64,000 nucleotides of DNA, taken from contig NC_134027.1 of assembly GCF_964204645.1 (NCBI RefSeq), forward strand, positions 9,580,485-9,644,484, in the 5' to 3' direction. The position numbers and the translations under genes were made by a program. Positions within the stretch are counted from its first letter, which is position 1. Every line of letters begins with the position of its first letter. Under the pieces are notes generated by a model. That model was given only the letters and a program-made list of their open reading frames with translations. It was not told the origin of the DNA and made no database searches. This DNA comes from Tubulanus polymorphus. Its lineage: Eukaryota; Animalia; Nemertea. Below, in pieces: positions 13,743-29,856 of the stretch.

Positions 13743-15041
13743 ATGAATTAGGTTTTACAACACGAATGGATCATATAGATTTCACCTGGAAAAAATAAAA
13801 CGATTTTACACGACTTGTAATTACCCAGTTCATTTGTTCTGTTCAGAAAATGCAAGGTTAAAAACAACACAGCGATCCAGCGATACGAAATGAAAATGCG
13901 CCGATGTTGTTGCACAAAGCCCCTTTCCTTTGTAATCATGCGCCTGCGGTGATCCTAATTTTCAACTTCACTACCGTACTCCTGAATCATAAGAATAGTT
14001 TTTCATAATACATTTTTTATAACAACGTGGGATTGAGGTTTGGTGGCCGGGTGCCATGAAGATCGTCACGCCCGACCAACACTGCATTTCAGTTTTATCA
14101 ATGACAGACATTGTTATCCCACTGGGGCTATCAACATTTTTCATACCGGGTGGGCCCCACAGGGGTTCGCACGAAAATGGTGGAAATTCCCTTTTTCAAA
14201 TTTTCGACGTCCGAAAACTCTCTTGAGGTAGTTTTGATAATCAAAGTCAATTAAAATGCCGTCAAAAAGCAAGGCGAGGAGGATGATTTCAAACAAAAAG
14301 GCACTTGGTCTTCCATTCCGAAAAAAAAACAAGAATGCGCACTTTTACAGTCGTCTCTGATTAAGCACATTCTTACAGGACAAGTGCCTTGTGCCTGCGG
14401 CGATGATCCGGCTAACTGTCATCATCATCTTGGGTGCTTTATTGGTTATATTACCCTTTAACCCCAAATAGAACCCACCTCCCTAGAAATTATGTACGGG
14501 ACTCTCTAAACAATTTATAATCAATTCCAAAGGACAGATCCGGTAGCAATATTATTATATTGGTTAAGATAGTAGCTTCAGAAGGGTTTCCGTATATACA
14601 CACACCAATATTTTCTATTGTATCAAGATTTTAGCTCAGTTCAATTTTTTTTTCATGTAGACTTTTGCCATTGGAAAGCAAATTTCGGCTAATTCCAGCA
14701 GATTGAAATTGAAATTTTTTACTATCCGTACACGCGCCCGCCGTTTTGATCAACCGGCTGGTGCTGCCGCCCTGACATACGGACTGAGGCCCGGACTGTA
14801 TACGTACCGGCGATAAGGGAAAAATAGGATTGAAAAAGTGAACAATTCTGTTCTCTGAACAATTCTGTGTACTCGTGTTTGAGACGCATAGAGGTTAGTG
14901 TATTCATCTTGACGAAAATTTGTCTTAAACGTGTTTATCTGAAGGGTAAGATACAAATAATCTGATCAGTCGCAGTTTACACAAACAAATTCAATTCAAA
15001 TTCAATTATTTTTGACAGTTGAGACCCACCAAGGAAATAGC

Positions 15042-15219
15042 CAGGGCCACCTTCGGTTATCATAGTAAGTCGACTAGGCCTATAGTCGAAACAAACGAAA
15101 CCGAATGTCCGTTAGTCGGAACTATATTCCGGTAATAGTTCGAAAATCAAGCGCATTCGTAGTTCTGACCACTAACTAACTAGTCGACTAAAAAGATACG
15201 AAAACCGAATTTGGCCCTG
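15042..15219. mobile_element. Small hAT-like MITE, probably in the SMIM15 5'-UTR intron
   Basis: Imperfect TIRs CAGGGCCACCTTCGGTT/AACCGAATTTGGCCCTG with internal AGTCGACTA repeats; TSD unclear. Confidence 0.55.
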
Positions 15220-15699
15220 AAATTACATTCTGAATTGAACCATTGTTTGAGCAACTGCAGTTTAGATATCCCTAATGGATATTTAAACCTACCTAACCTA
15301 ATTATAATAGCAGTAGTTTGTAGCTCAGTTTGTAGGCAGGGAAAGAGTATTGCAAAACAAGATTTATTTTAAAAAATGGGATCTCTTTATTCAACTCGAG
15401 TAAACTATAACTTTTTGGCAATCCTTCAATACTGTGTAAAATGGATAAAATTGGTTTGGTTCATTCGGACTTTATGCAGTTTCATGGGTCATATTGATAT
15501 TGATATTAAATGTTAAAAGAATTGAGCTAAATATCCTAAAAAACTGGTTTAAGGCAACAGAAAATGGACAATAGTGGTTTAACAGATGGAACCAGTAAAT
15601 GCTTTTCGCTTCTGCCTTTTGGTTGAGTTTACACATGTTATTTCAGTTGTTAAACAAAGCCAATTTTCCTTTTATTTATTTCATAGATAAGTACAAAAA

Positions 15700-15966
15700 A
15701 TGTTCGAAGACTGGGATTGGCAGAAGTTGGCTGTGGACACCGTTATATTTGCGGCCGAACACCCGTGGCAGTTTGTTTACTATGTACTGTTGTGTTTATC
15801 GCCGCTGTTTCTGATCAGTTCGATTCTGGCGTGGAAACTGGCGAAGCAAATCGAACAGAAAGAAAAGGAGAAAAAGAAGAAAGCGCGACGCGAAGCTAAC
15901 ATACGAAAATCGCGAAATACCAACAAAGAAAAAGAGAAAACGTCTGCAAGAGAAAAACAGGAATAG
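15700..15966 (+). CDS. SMIM15: Small integral membrane protein 15 (UPF0542), 88 aa
   Basis: FAAEHPWQF...LSPLFLISSILAWKLAKQIEQKEKEKKKK matches the SMIM15 pattern (WAAKDPYGF...[20 protein letters not shown]). A splice acceptor sits just before the ATG. Confidence 0.88.
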   Translation: MFEDWDWQKLAVDTVIFAAEHPWQFVYYVLLCLSPLFLISSILAWKLAKQIEQKEKEKKKKARREANIRKSRNTNKEKEKTSAREKQE

Positions 15967-16691
15967 CCTAATCGATAACTCCTTTTTAAAAAAGACTAAG
16001 ATTTTATGGATTTTCGTTTGAAAAAGGAACGACATGTTTTCTCGCAACGAGAGCTACCTCTGCTATCAGTTGAGCAAGAGGGTGGAATATATGGAGGCAT
16101 TAATGAGTATGGTGTGCTAAATTCCTGCTGATTTTAGATGAAACTTAATGTATTCAGTCGATAGAATTTTAAGTGTTACAAAGTTCCTTTCGACAACAAT
16201 TATGGCACTGACTAGGGCAATAAATTGCTCTCAGAATGCCTTTTAGATTTGAAAGTTTTGGCAGAAAGGCACCACAAAGGTTTCATTCAAGTGTCTTGGA
16301 TTAGTAATATTTTTGAGTGTATGAATGTTAGTTTTGGGAGATATCAAATGCCCAACTCGGTTCTACTGATTCTAATGGAAAGAATGAATTATTCGGGCTA
16401 TCACTATTCTGCGCTAAAGGACTTATCATAAAATGTTACATTTCCTATGTACATAATTAATGCTTTAAGATGTACACATGCTGAGAAGGGTCTGATGTTC
16501 TGTATATATTTATATATGTGGTCTATTTATATGTACATGTACATAAATTATGCACCTTTGAAATAGGGCGTTTAATTCTTACAAAATTCTGTGCGCAGTA
16601 TTAAACTTTCCTGCTCAGTATATGAATATCTGGTAGAAAGTGCTGCAAATCAAATCTGGAAATGCACAAGTAAACTGTGTTTACATTTAAC

Positions 16692-16784
16692 CATGGACGT
16701 ATAAACTAGATTATCTAGTTTTAGATCTAGTCGAGAAAAACTAGATCTAATTTATTACCTGTAAATTTAATTTATACGTCCATG
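16692..16784. mobile_element. P-element-type miniature element (93 bp); related copies at 20438-20464 and about 52505-52556
   Basis: 14-bp perfect TIR CATGGACGTATAAA; 7-bp TSD ATTTAAC. Confidence 0.7.
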
Positions 16785-17008
16785 ATTTAACTAATACCTG
16801 CTCTATTTAGAATTTAATATATACACACGTAAAGGCGTTGTTACGAAAATGTATTTTCGTGAACATATATCATAAACTTCGAAAAACAAAACATTGATAA
16901 ATTGAATTTTTTATTGAGCTTATATCTACCATCTCCGCTTATACGTATATGAACAATAAAAGATTCCCAATTATTTATTTCAACTCAGTCGTTCATTTAT
17001 TTCTTTTA

Positions 17009-17110
17009 GGCTTATGATACATCCAGGAACGGAACGGAGAGGAACGAAAAGGAACAGGGACCATATCACAAATATCTTGTTCCGTTCTGTTCCTGCGTCT
17101 ATCAATTCCC
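17009..17110. mobile_element. Degenerate small TIR element (PIF/Harbinger-like)
   Basis: Imperfect inverted ends TGATACATCCAGGAACGGAACGGA / TCCGTTCTGTTCCTGCGTCTATCA with GG..CC termini. Confidence 0.4.
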
Positions 17111-17416
17111 TATACACATAAAAATCGTTGAGATAGATATTATGACCAGAAGGTTGATTGTCGGTGTTTTTGTATGTACATGCGTATAAGAAAAACTTAA
17201 AATCTAAACAAGAACACGTTTTCGGGTACTAAAAAAAACGATAGACCAATCTTATTCTGTGATTATTATACATAAGAAGAATGACTGACATTATATATAG
17301 TGGTCGTCTTATTAGAGCTATTACGTTAATGTAAAAATCCATTAACATGCAATCAAAGCAACGCAAGGTACCAGAAAAAACAAGATCAAGAACCTCAAAA
17401 GTTCCTTTATTGAATA

Positions 17417-17822
17417 CAGTAAACCTTGCGTAATTCGGATCGGCGTATTAACTCGGACAATGGCTATGATGGATATGAATATTGATGGTCATGATTTTTC
17501 CTTTTCTAAAAAGGAATTGCATTACAAAGTCGGATTTTATGAGTCGGAAACTCGTTTATATCGTTATACTTTTCTGACCAAAATAAAAAAATCAGTTAAA
17601 ATCACTCGCAGAAAGTCAGAGGGCCAGTTTTCTTACCTTTGGTCCGACCCATGTACCTGGCTTGAAATCGACAATGCATGTCAACAGTCGTTATTTTAGT
17701 TGTGATCAATGTATTAGAATAAAAAACCTTAAATATTTCATTGTTTTTGAATCATTTCTTATGCGTTTTCTAGGTCGGAGGATTTTTCTTGGTCCCAAAA
17801 GATCCGACTTACGCAAGGTCTT
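17417..17822. mobile_element. Tc1/pogo-like MITE remnant
   Basis: TA|CAGTAAACCTTGCGTAATTCGGAT left end with inverted ATCCGACTTACGCAAGGT at about 17802-17819; right terminus decayed. Confidence 0.5.
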
Positions 17823-18407
17823 GGCAATTAGTATTTGGTGTCTGATTTTTTATGAAAATTTTGGTCGTGGACATGACCACCTCGGTTTTTTTTACTACAC
17901 TGAAAGAAAGCAATTTACTTTCGCTTAACTCGGACGAATTTGTCCTGCTAGGTGAGATTTTCTGTTGGAAATCTATTTCAAAAAGTAGAATCCATTATGA
18001 TCGGTATTCATTGAATAGTTGTATTTGCAATTAATTCCATAAAACGGGAAAAGGCCGTCAGCGCATTTTGGATCGGTTCAAAGATTACTGGCTTCGCGAC
18101 AGATCCATCGCAAAATGATGGTTGCATGTTGTAAACGATAGTACATTCGTATTACCACTCAGAGAATGATAAATGATTGATGTTTCATCGTAAAACTCTG
18201 CGCCAAATTCATAACCATCGCATCTTGTGCCACTGTCACCAGTTTTCATTTGCCTTTAATCCGCTGCGTGACAAGTTGTAGTGATTTAGTGTGTCGCGTA
18301 ATGCATCAGTGAATGATTGAATATTTACACCCACAATAACTCTAACACCTAAGTAACCTTCGTCCATCCGCCCTGGTTGTTATTGTCGACAACCGCGAAG
18401 CCAAACA

Positions 18408-18482
18408 AAAGTTTAACAATATGTTTCCATGCCTTCGTACCAAACTTCAGTTGGTAGGCATGGAGACATATTGTTAAACTTT
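18408..18482. repeat. 75-nt near-perfect hairpin
   Basis: Arms AAAGTTTAACAATATGTTTCCATGCC / GGCATGGAGACATATTGTTAAACTTT, plus an inner TACCAA/TTGGTA stem. Confidence 0.85.
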
Positions 18483-20907
18483 CAAATCATGGAGTCTTTT
18501 TTCTCTCATGAACCCCTTTCAATGAAGACTTTTTGGATATCCTTCAATACAGTTTAAAGTGGATTAAAAAACGATGTTTAAGGTCGACTGCCAGTCCTTT
18601 CTGGTCCTACTAAGACCTTTATCAGGTATGTACTACCAAAAATGAGCGAGCTAGGCCACCCGGAATGCTCTCAAGTCAGGTTGAAATAGACATTAGTATG
18701 TTAGCGTCCCTAAGTATACCCATTAGGAATTTCAATGAATAATGGCAAACGGTTAGTTAGTTACAGGTCAACATGACCTTTCGGCCCGAAAAAAATCACA
18801 TGGCGGCCTTTTGCCCGATCGAACCAATTGTTCTTAGACTGATGGCTTAGTGAGCCACGCCTGAAACATCGTGAAACCTAAAAAGGGTTTATTCGCACGT
18901 ATGCGTTTAGAATATCTTGAGATATTTTATCTATTAATTTGATAATATCTTCACGGCACGGCCACCGCAGCATTTTACGAAACCTAGTCTGGCGGCTTCC
19001 CAGCGTCTATATACCCTTGTCTCATCAAAACTTCGATTTTATTGATTTTACACACCGGCAATTAACAAATGGCAGCGTTAACCAGTTATTAGTTTAATGT
19101 GTAATATACGCACGAAACATTCAACGAGTGTCAACAAGAGAAAAACAGCTAAAGCAAGGCATTACATTCTAAATAGGTAACTAAAAGGCATATTCATTTA
19201 ATTTTTTTCATTCACGAAAATGCGTTCATATTCACCACAGGCCGTTTGATTTCTAGTTTTGGATTGAAAAAGACGCTCGCTCAGTTTTCTAAGTGAATAA
19301 GAAAAGAAGGAAATAAGAAAACCGACATAGAAATGATTTGGTTTTTCGACATATCCGATGGTGTTTTCCATTCTAACATTCCAAAAAAATAATGGGTCGT
19401 ACAACTTTCCTTACCTTCAATCTGAGAACAGGTTTCATGAACTAGCTAAATCAGGATGAAAAGCTAAGAAAATGATGCCGACCCACAATAAAAGATGACC
19501 ATGGAAAACTTCGATCTCAGCACTGATATACGTTTGTAGTAGGTATGGTATTTCATGTTCCAATAAATACCGAAAATCAAGCCTATGTATTATTTCGAAC
19601 CAATAATTCAAGGGATATTTGCAATCCTTTGATCATGGACTCCAAAGCGGTCTTCAGTTTTTAAGTCGTTTGACCAAGAGGGTGCGAGATCTCCCTGTGA
19701 GTATCAATACAATACCATACAATACAATAATAACTTCATTCCCAATACCTGATTACAAACAAGAGTGGAAAGGTTGATTAATCAAATAGCTACATATTCG
19801 TTTCTGAAATCGACATAAATTCGATAAACTTAAGCGAATTTGTATGTTGGTGAATACCAAGAATATCCGGTCAATGGTGATTTATTTTATAGGTGGAATG
19901 ATAGCGATGAGGCTGAATTGCGAAGTTCGATATCGAGTCTAAACGTTTTAATTTCGGTAAGCTATTCCAGGATTTCGCTCCTTGAATTGTCATAGACGCA
20001 TATATACTTGTCCGTAGTTAGATTTAGCAAATTCTATTGATAGGGCTATGGGTCTGCGACTATAACGAAGAAAAGAAATAGAATTGTATTCTTTATTTTA
20101 GATATAAAGGACTATGTGAATTTTTTTTGTTCTGATGAAGGGCTTTTAATCCGATTCACCTGGGTGGCAATACAAACGTTGGTTCATATTGATCGTCGAT
20201 TCGACCGATGGAAACATTAGTTATTCACCAGGGTGTACAAAAACCGTCGTGCCTCAATTTTATTAAACGATGTAAAATGATTGACCAATTCACCGGTAAT
20301 AAAATGTTGCCTCGGTAGAAAAACAGTAATCATTGCATATCTTTGATGCAAGTATATCTGATTTCGTGCGAAAATGAAAAGCAATTAACGCGTAAAAATT
20401 CGTCTGGTATATAGATTACAAACCGTGTATGCAGAACCATGGACGTATAAACTAAACGTCCATGATAGAACGTGAGGTTACAATCTTAATGGCACATATA
20501 TTCATCGGCCTGCAATTACCATAGACGATTATCACCAGATGAATAACGCGACGAGCAAGGTGAAAATGGTTAGAATTACGCCTCCCTGAAATTTGCGCAT
20601 TTCATTCGTTATCACACGGTCGTTGACGACGTCATTGAGTATCACTTAGAAACGTAAAAGCGAATGAGATCCTATCGCACCCGACACTGACGCAAATAAA
20701 AGTTGGCAGAAATCGGCAAGCGACAGATAGATTATCAATATACTTGCGTGACAGTCCTTTCATTTCTACTTTAGAAAATACGAAAGGACTTCGTTGCTGC
20801 AAGACCGTAGTTTTCCATCATTCGCGTGGGCTTGAAATTCCGCGACGCAACATAAAAATTGAAATCTCCGAGGGAAACGCACACCGAGGCGACTTCTCTT
20901 TTCAAGA

Positions 20908-21870
20908 ATGAGTACCGAACCACGATCAGAACTGGAATCAACGGCAGAATCTAAACCTGAACCTGAAGCTGAACCAACAGCAGAAGCAGAGCCAGGAACA
21001 GGAGGACGGGCAGAACCAGTTCCAGATTGGACACAGGTATCAAAATCTCTAAATGTCGTTTGGCAAACTCACGTTTACCTGGAAGCAGCCATATTTGTCG
21101 TGATATTCGCTATAAGTGTCTACAACGTCGGAAACTATGTTGCCCAGATTCTTCGTGAACGAGGTAGAGCGACGCGTTTTCTGAACTTGACTCTCAGTTT
21201 GATGACCTCGTGGTTTTCTTTGACACGTTCGTTTCTGTTGTTCTGCGACCCGTACGGTACGAAGCTCGTCCTACCAACCTTACTCTACAATATCTTGTTC
21301 TCGCTCGGGTGGCCGGCTCTGACGGGCATATTTGCGTTGCTTTTCGCTGTCCTGCTGGACACTACGCGGATGTCAGTTGGACCCCCAGTTTTTCAAAAAG
21401 GCACCACGCTTCTCGCGCTGGTCCTTGGGCATGCGATTCTTGTAATAAGCGTTGATTTGTTAGTCTCATACTTTACGAAGGTGAAATACATGTTGCTTTT
21501 CTGCCAAATTATGTTCTTCGCTTTTGGGTTGTTGATGACGGTCGGGTTTGCGTTCGTTGCGTGGAAAATTAAGAGAAATTTGGGCGCTAGTGATCATACG
21601 ACATCTCGAACCAAACGTCTTCTGGTATACGTTCTTGCATTTGGCGCCGATGCTCTAGTGATGTCGTTAGCGCAAGCTTACGCCGCGTTCGGTGTTTTCG
21701 GCGTTCTTCGGGCGTCAACTGACTTACCGGAACATGGCTCGTGGCTGGCGCTGCAATGGGTTATGAGAGCTACAGAAATCGTCGCTTGTTCGATTTGCCT
21801 TTTAATCGTCACAAAATCTCCACGACGGAAAATCGAACCGGTCGCTGCAACGGAAACGACGATGGAATGA
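20908..21870 (+). CDS. Intronless PRRT3/PRRT4-like multi-pass (about 7 TM) membrane protein, 320 aa
   Basis: Glu/Pro-rich N-terminus (EPEAEPTAEAEP) followed by about 7 hydrophobic segments, with WxxHVY, LFxDPYG and LGWPAL motifs resembling the PRRT3/4 TM domain. Confidence 0.7.
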   Translation: MSTEPRSELESTAESKPEPEAEPTAEAEPGTGGRAEPVPDWTQVSKSLNVVWQTHVYLEAAIFVVIFAISVYNVGNYVAQILRERGRATRFLNLTLSLMTSWFSLTRSFLLFCDPYGTKLVLPTLLYNILFSLGWPALTGIFALLFAVLLDTTRMSVGPPVFQKGTTLLALVLGHAILVISVDLLVSYFTKVKYMLLFCQIMFFAFGLLMTVGFAFVAWKIKRNLGASDHTTSRTKRLLVYVLAFGADALVMSLAQAYAAFGVFGVLRASTDLPEHGSWLALQWVMRATEIVACSICLLIVTKSPRRKIEPVAATETTME

Positions 21871-23339
21871 TGGCGATTGGCTTTCAATCAGAAGAATGAG
21901 ACTTTCTCTGGGAGAACCGGCACATGAAACATTCTAATTAATCAAAAAAACCACTATCATACCGGTACTGTGATGTATATTATGTGGAAAATAACACAAT
22001 AAACTGCTATTTTACAGAAAAAGAGTCGACCACTAGCAGATCCATCATTGTGACATGGCCTAATGTGAAATGATTCAATACTTAATACGTTAGATTCTCG
22101 CTGAATCAACATTGAATGTAAAATAAGTTTGTGCGGACACTGTTGGAAACAAATTTGGAACTGATTATCTTTCTGTTACAAACAAATGGAACGTATTGGT
22201 GATTATTTCGTCGAGGTGAAGTAAAATTATGACACAAAAATCTCCTCGTGTAATTGCGTTCGTTCGAATAAAATTCTAAAAACCTATGAAAAGCCGCATT
22301 AACTTTTTTTAGTTAGCCCACTTGGCTTACGTATCTCCACAAACATTCTGGTTTCGTGTGCTCAGAAACAGCGCCCATTCCAACATGCGAGAGAGATTGT
22401 TAGACTCTGCCAATCTGATATTCAGCGTGTCTACAGGAAATGATTAAGCCTGTTCCAGCTGGGTCGGCATCGGTGAATTTTTTCTCGCGTTCTTTCCTGA
22501 TTAAATGCTTTTTATTTCGTTCATATATCTGGATTGGAATGAAGGGTGGAAACGTAGTAGTAAAAACATCAAATCGGCTGATGATTAATTTACTATTTCT
22601 ATGATGCATGTATTTACTCAATTCACTGAGAAAAACTGTTCAACAGCGCAGACCCAGTAGGTACACATGGCACCTGGAAGCTAAAAAAAGGGTAATTGAA
22701 TTATGAGTGGATATCAATTCGTTTCTTATAGAAAGAAAATTCAGCATTCATCAATCCTGGCAGTAACCGCAGGGCCGCATGAGTGTGGTTACAAATTCTG
22801 ATTCTAAAGCCTATACCCAATTGTGCATATAAATCAACGACTGTAAGACGGGTCTGTTTCATGCGCGGTCACAACCGTAGACGAAGGTAACACTTATCGA
22901 GACAGATCTAATGCACTTGAAAACATCAATCAACTCGAAGATTTTATTACTGTACTATCCGTTTTAATCAGAGATGAAAGTAAGTCTTTATGTACGGCAT
23001 TATCACAGTCAGAAATAAGGCCGTCCGTCTTTTAACCGGGATCAATAAAACTACCGGACATATAAACCTTTACATATTAGATGTTGTTCCTCAAGAATGA
23101 CACAAATGAAATTCAAGCAAATTCGTGGTAAGGAATACAATTTTCATTATTTTTATTTTTCAATGGCATCATTTAACAGTTTCTTTTTGGAATATCCTTT
23201 TCAAGTGCAGAGTAGTTAGCAAACACAAAGCGCGCTCGCATGATATCGGAGAATTGTTCCTTTGTATAAACAAACAACAGCACATTTAAAGTCCTTTTAA
23301 ATTCTACGTCGATTAATCGTCAATTGGTGATCGCAGCGA

Positions 23340-26547
<3,208 letters not shown>

Positions 26548-27062
26548 CTATCGAAGAGAATTAAAATAGAAAATGATAAATGGCACCCAACATCTAGATC
26601 ACTTTTGAAGTATAGCATTCGTCCACAGGGGCCTGACACAAAGTTTTTAACCCCAGAATCTATAAAGGAAAATGAATACATGTAATTTAAACATATATTT
26701 TTCTTATAAAGTACCTACTAGGATTCTGAGATAAATAAACTTTCATGTCAGGCTCCATGGTCTTGATCCATTGATCAATGTAGTTGATTAAGTCTAACCA
26801 CTGGGCAGTTGTACGGGTTACCCTACTGCTATAGAATTTATCATGGGCGACGAGGAACGCCTTTTGAATGTTCGAACCAAACATGACATCAAATCATCAT
26901 TATTTCCATAAGTGAACTTTACTCTAGGTAGGGCCAGGTAGGACTATTACGAACAATAAATAACTTTTAATTCGAATTAGCCTAATAACCCGAATTAGGG
27001 GGTTTATCCCACATCACTGCATGATTTTTTTTGGGAAACATCAACCGGACCTGCTGGCTACA

Positions 27063-27166
27063 CTAGTCAGTAACCTGACTGTGGTTTAATTTCGCGATCG
27101 GATATTTTCACAAACCACAGCCCTCCGATCATAAAAAAAAGCTTACCACCAACGATTAGGTAACTA
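27063..27166 (-). repeat. About 110-bp dispersed repeat (family A)
   Basis: Reverse complement matches 28557-28676 and 40723-40816. Confidence 0.75.
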
Positions 27167-28556
27167 TAAAGGCAAACTGCTACCTGACACTATTCATAGG
27201 CCCCCTACCATGCCTACAAATTATTTAAATACATTTAAACAAGGCACACATAATCTTACATCATTTGGTCAATTATTATTTCTGTTCTATCAAGCTAAAA
27301 TGCAATAAATCAAACCAGGCGCAAAAAATGAATCAGCAATAAAATTCGAAATCGGTGAATTGGTATTGGCGTTGATGATACAGGGAAATTGGAATTAGAA
27401 ACTTACAATATAAATGTTTTGATATACTTCCAAATAAAACCCAATTAGATTCCACCGCGTATTTACTGTTGTATTGAAGTATGAAATGAAACATAAAGAG
27501 CCAGACAACTTTACCTCGGTTAATCGGATGAATATACAAGATTTGAAAATGAACAACAATTTTATTGAATGACGGACGCACTAAGTACCACGAGTGAGAA
27601 GTTGAATTGTATTGAATTGGTTTTGAAATTGACGTGGGCGCGGACGCTTTCTACCATAGGTGCCGCCAGCGGCTGGAGTCACTACTTAACTGCGGCTTTT
27701 CCTTGAGTAAAGAAAAATACCCATCTTCGATGTTGGAAAATTATGCGCGGCTCCTTAAATGTCAGCCTAATAAATCCCGATTGACCTTTCCAATTAAGAT
27801 TCAAGCAATTTTTCCTCCTCCCCTGAAAGAATCCGTTTCTCAATATGCCCCTCAGAGCAACATGGCACATGCCGCCTCAGGCTCACTCGATGCCCCTCTA
27901 TCCTGGATCCTTACTATACCTTACAATAAATATGTGTTTAAAAATTTGTTCAGGCTGTACTGAGAGTGGCTGGTTCGCAGTAAGGGATACAAATAACAAT
28001 GGCTCAGAGTGAGATTTATAGTGATTCTCATCGGGTCAAATTGGGTCAAATACCCCACACAACGGCACTGAAGTAGATAACGCAGTACACGCTAGACTGG
28101 TTGCCTGTCCCACCGGTAACCAGTCTAAATACACGCGCGTATGTACACGCTATCTACTGCCAACTGGATTTTCAGGTTAAACTCGGGTGAACCCAGGACG
28201 ATATTTCAAGAAAAAAACACGTGTTCTATGCACAGGCTTATATTATAGTGCCTTAATTTTTTAAGTACAGCCTATAGGCTTAGTGCGCTGTATCTCTCGG
28301 AACCAACATCATGTATTAAAAAAAGAAATAGTATCGATTATCATTTTATTTCCAACAGATATGATTTCAGTAACAGTATGAATCATAAAATTCTCGAAAA
28401 ATTATGAATCGGAGTAATTAATAGTTTTTATATGTTTTAACTTTCTGAGAATGTAATCAAGTATATTACTAGTACAACAAGGGTAAATTGTGTCTTGAAA
28501 GCGAAATTAATCAAGATTAATCAAAGCTGTTTTTCCAAGCGAAAGCTGGGTTACTG

Positions 28557-28676
28557 CTAGTTAGTTACCGAATCGTTGGTGGTAAGCTTTTTATAATCGG
28601 ATGGGCTTATACCAACTTATGTGGTTTGTGAAAATATCCGATCGTGAAACTAAACCACAGACAGGTTACTGACTAG
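28557..28676 (+). repeat. About 120-bp dispersed repeat/MITE (family A), fullest copy
   Basis: Imperfect TIRs CTAGTTAGTTACC / GGTTACTGACTAG; core GTTGGTGGTAAGCT..ATAATCGGATGGGCTTATAC..GTGGTTTG. Confidence 0.75.
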
Positions 28677-28756
28677 GTTACTGCCGTATGGCAACTTAAA
28701 GCGAGACATCGAAGCGGATATTAATAGGCTGTAAAGCCTCCAATGGATCCGTCAAT

Positions 28757-28757
<1 letters not shown>

Positions 28758-28802
<45 letters not shown>
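28758..28802. repeat. (GAT)15 microsatellite
   Basis: Perfect trinucleotide run. Confidence 0.95.
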
Positions 28803-28804
<2 letters not shown>

Positions 28805-28863
28805 ATTGTATGTACGGTTTACGAAAAATGAATATCTATCTATCTATCTTCTATACGTTATAT

Positions 28864-29856
28864 TCATCGGCAATTGATAGATCTGTCTATGGGAACGTTA
28901 CTATTTCCTACCATGTATTTCCAAACGTGTAAGTCCACGTTGCGCCATCTTAATGTTTCTGTAATAAACCCTCCACGGCAACTCCGGATCACGAAAGGGA
29001 AAATATTTCGCAAACGGCTGCATTCGACGGAAGAGACGTCGTACTTCTTCCAATTTCTGTGCGAAACTTGCAACGACGAACAATTTTTGTTTACGTTGCC
29101 GTATCCCTGCTGAATGACTTTGTTCCAGTACTTCGGAGCCGGCAACCATAGGCCCAAAAACGGGACTTGTACCAATGGGAAGACGTCCACGTACCGGTAT
29201 TTCGACCACTGATAAGTTGTTGCGTCCTTCACATGTCGCCGTTTTTCGTGATAAGGCCAGATATCAATGAATGGCCATGACGAGCCCCGCACCGAAATCT
29301 TCCATGGGCGTTTCGGAGGCGTTTTAATGCGCAGGCCTTTGATCTTGTGATCTTTCCTCAGAAAAAGCGAATGGATCCTTCTGAAATCGGCGCGATGAAC
29401 ATACACGTCGAAATCGTCATCCCACGGAACAGGGCCGTGGTGGCGATAGGCTCCGATCAGAGACCCTGCATACAGCATATACTTGATACCTTCAGCTTTC
29501 ATAAGTCGATCAAACCTCTGTATAAGCGATTTAAAGCGCACCGTCTCATTCGCAGTCAACCCGGTGCTCAGAAATTTCTTGACATCATCCGAACAATCGT
29601 TCAAAGTCATCCTAGGCGTATATTTACCATTTCCTAACGTAAAGTTAGAATAATCGTTTCTTTCAAAGGTCGCTAATTTTTTCATACTCGGCATTCTAAT
29701 AATGAATCTATCGTGAATGAACACGACAAGCACCGGTGATATTCCTACTAAGAATATAGCCATCAGTATGTAACGTTGTTTTCGTCTGCGTGTTACAATA
29801 TTCATATAAAACATATTCGTCATATAAACACAAAAGATACATATGCATACACGCAT
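28864..29856 (-). CDS. LicD/fukutin-family nucleotidyltransferase-fold phosphotransferase, type II membrane protein (paralog 1); true start may be a downstream Met
   Basis: N-terminal basic segment plus TM helix; YMLYAGSLIGAYRHHGPVPWDDDFDV; WPFIDIW; VFPL..PF.G..LPAP. Intronless. Confidence 0.9.
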   Translation of the reverse strand: MRVCICIFCVYMTNMFYMNIVTRRRKQRYILMAIFLVGISPVLVVFIHDRFIIRMPSMKKLATFERNDYSNFTLGNGKYTPRMTLNDCSDDVKKFLSTGLTANETVRFKSLIQRFDRLMKAEGIKYMLYAGSLIGAYRHHGPVPWDDDFDVYVHRADFRRIHSLFLRKDHKIKGLRIKTPPKRPWKISVRGSSWPFIDIWPYHEKRRHVKDATTYQWSKYRYVDVFPLVQVPFLGLWLPAPKYWNKVIQQGYGNVNKNCSSLQVSHRNWKKYDVSSVECSRLRNIFPFVIRSCRGGFITETLRWRNVDLHVWKYMVGNSNVPIDRSINCR

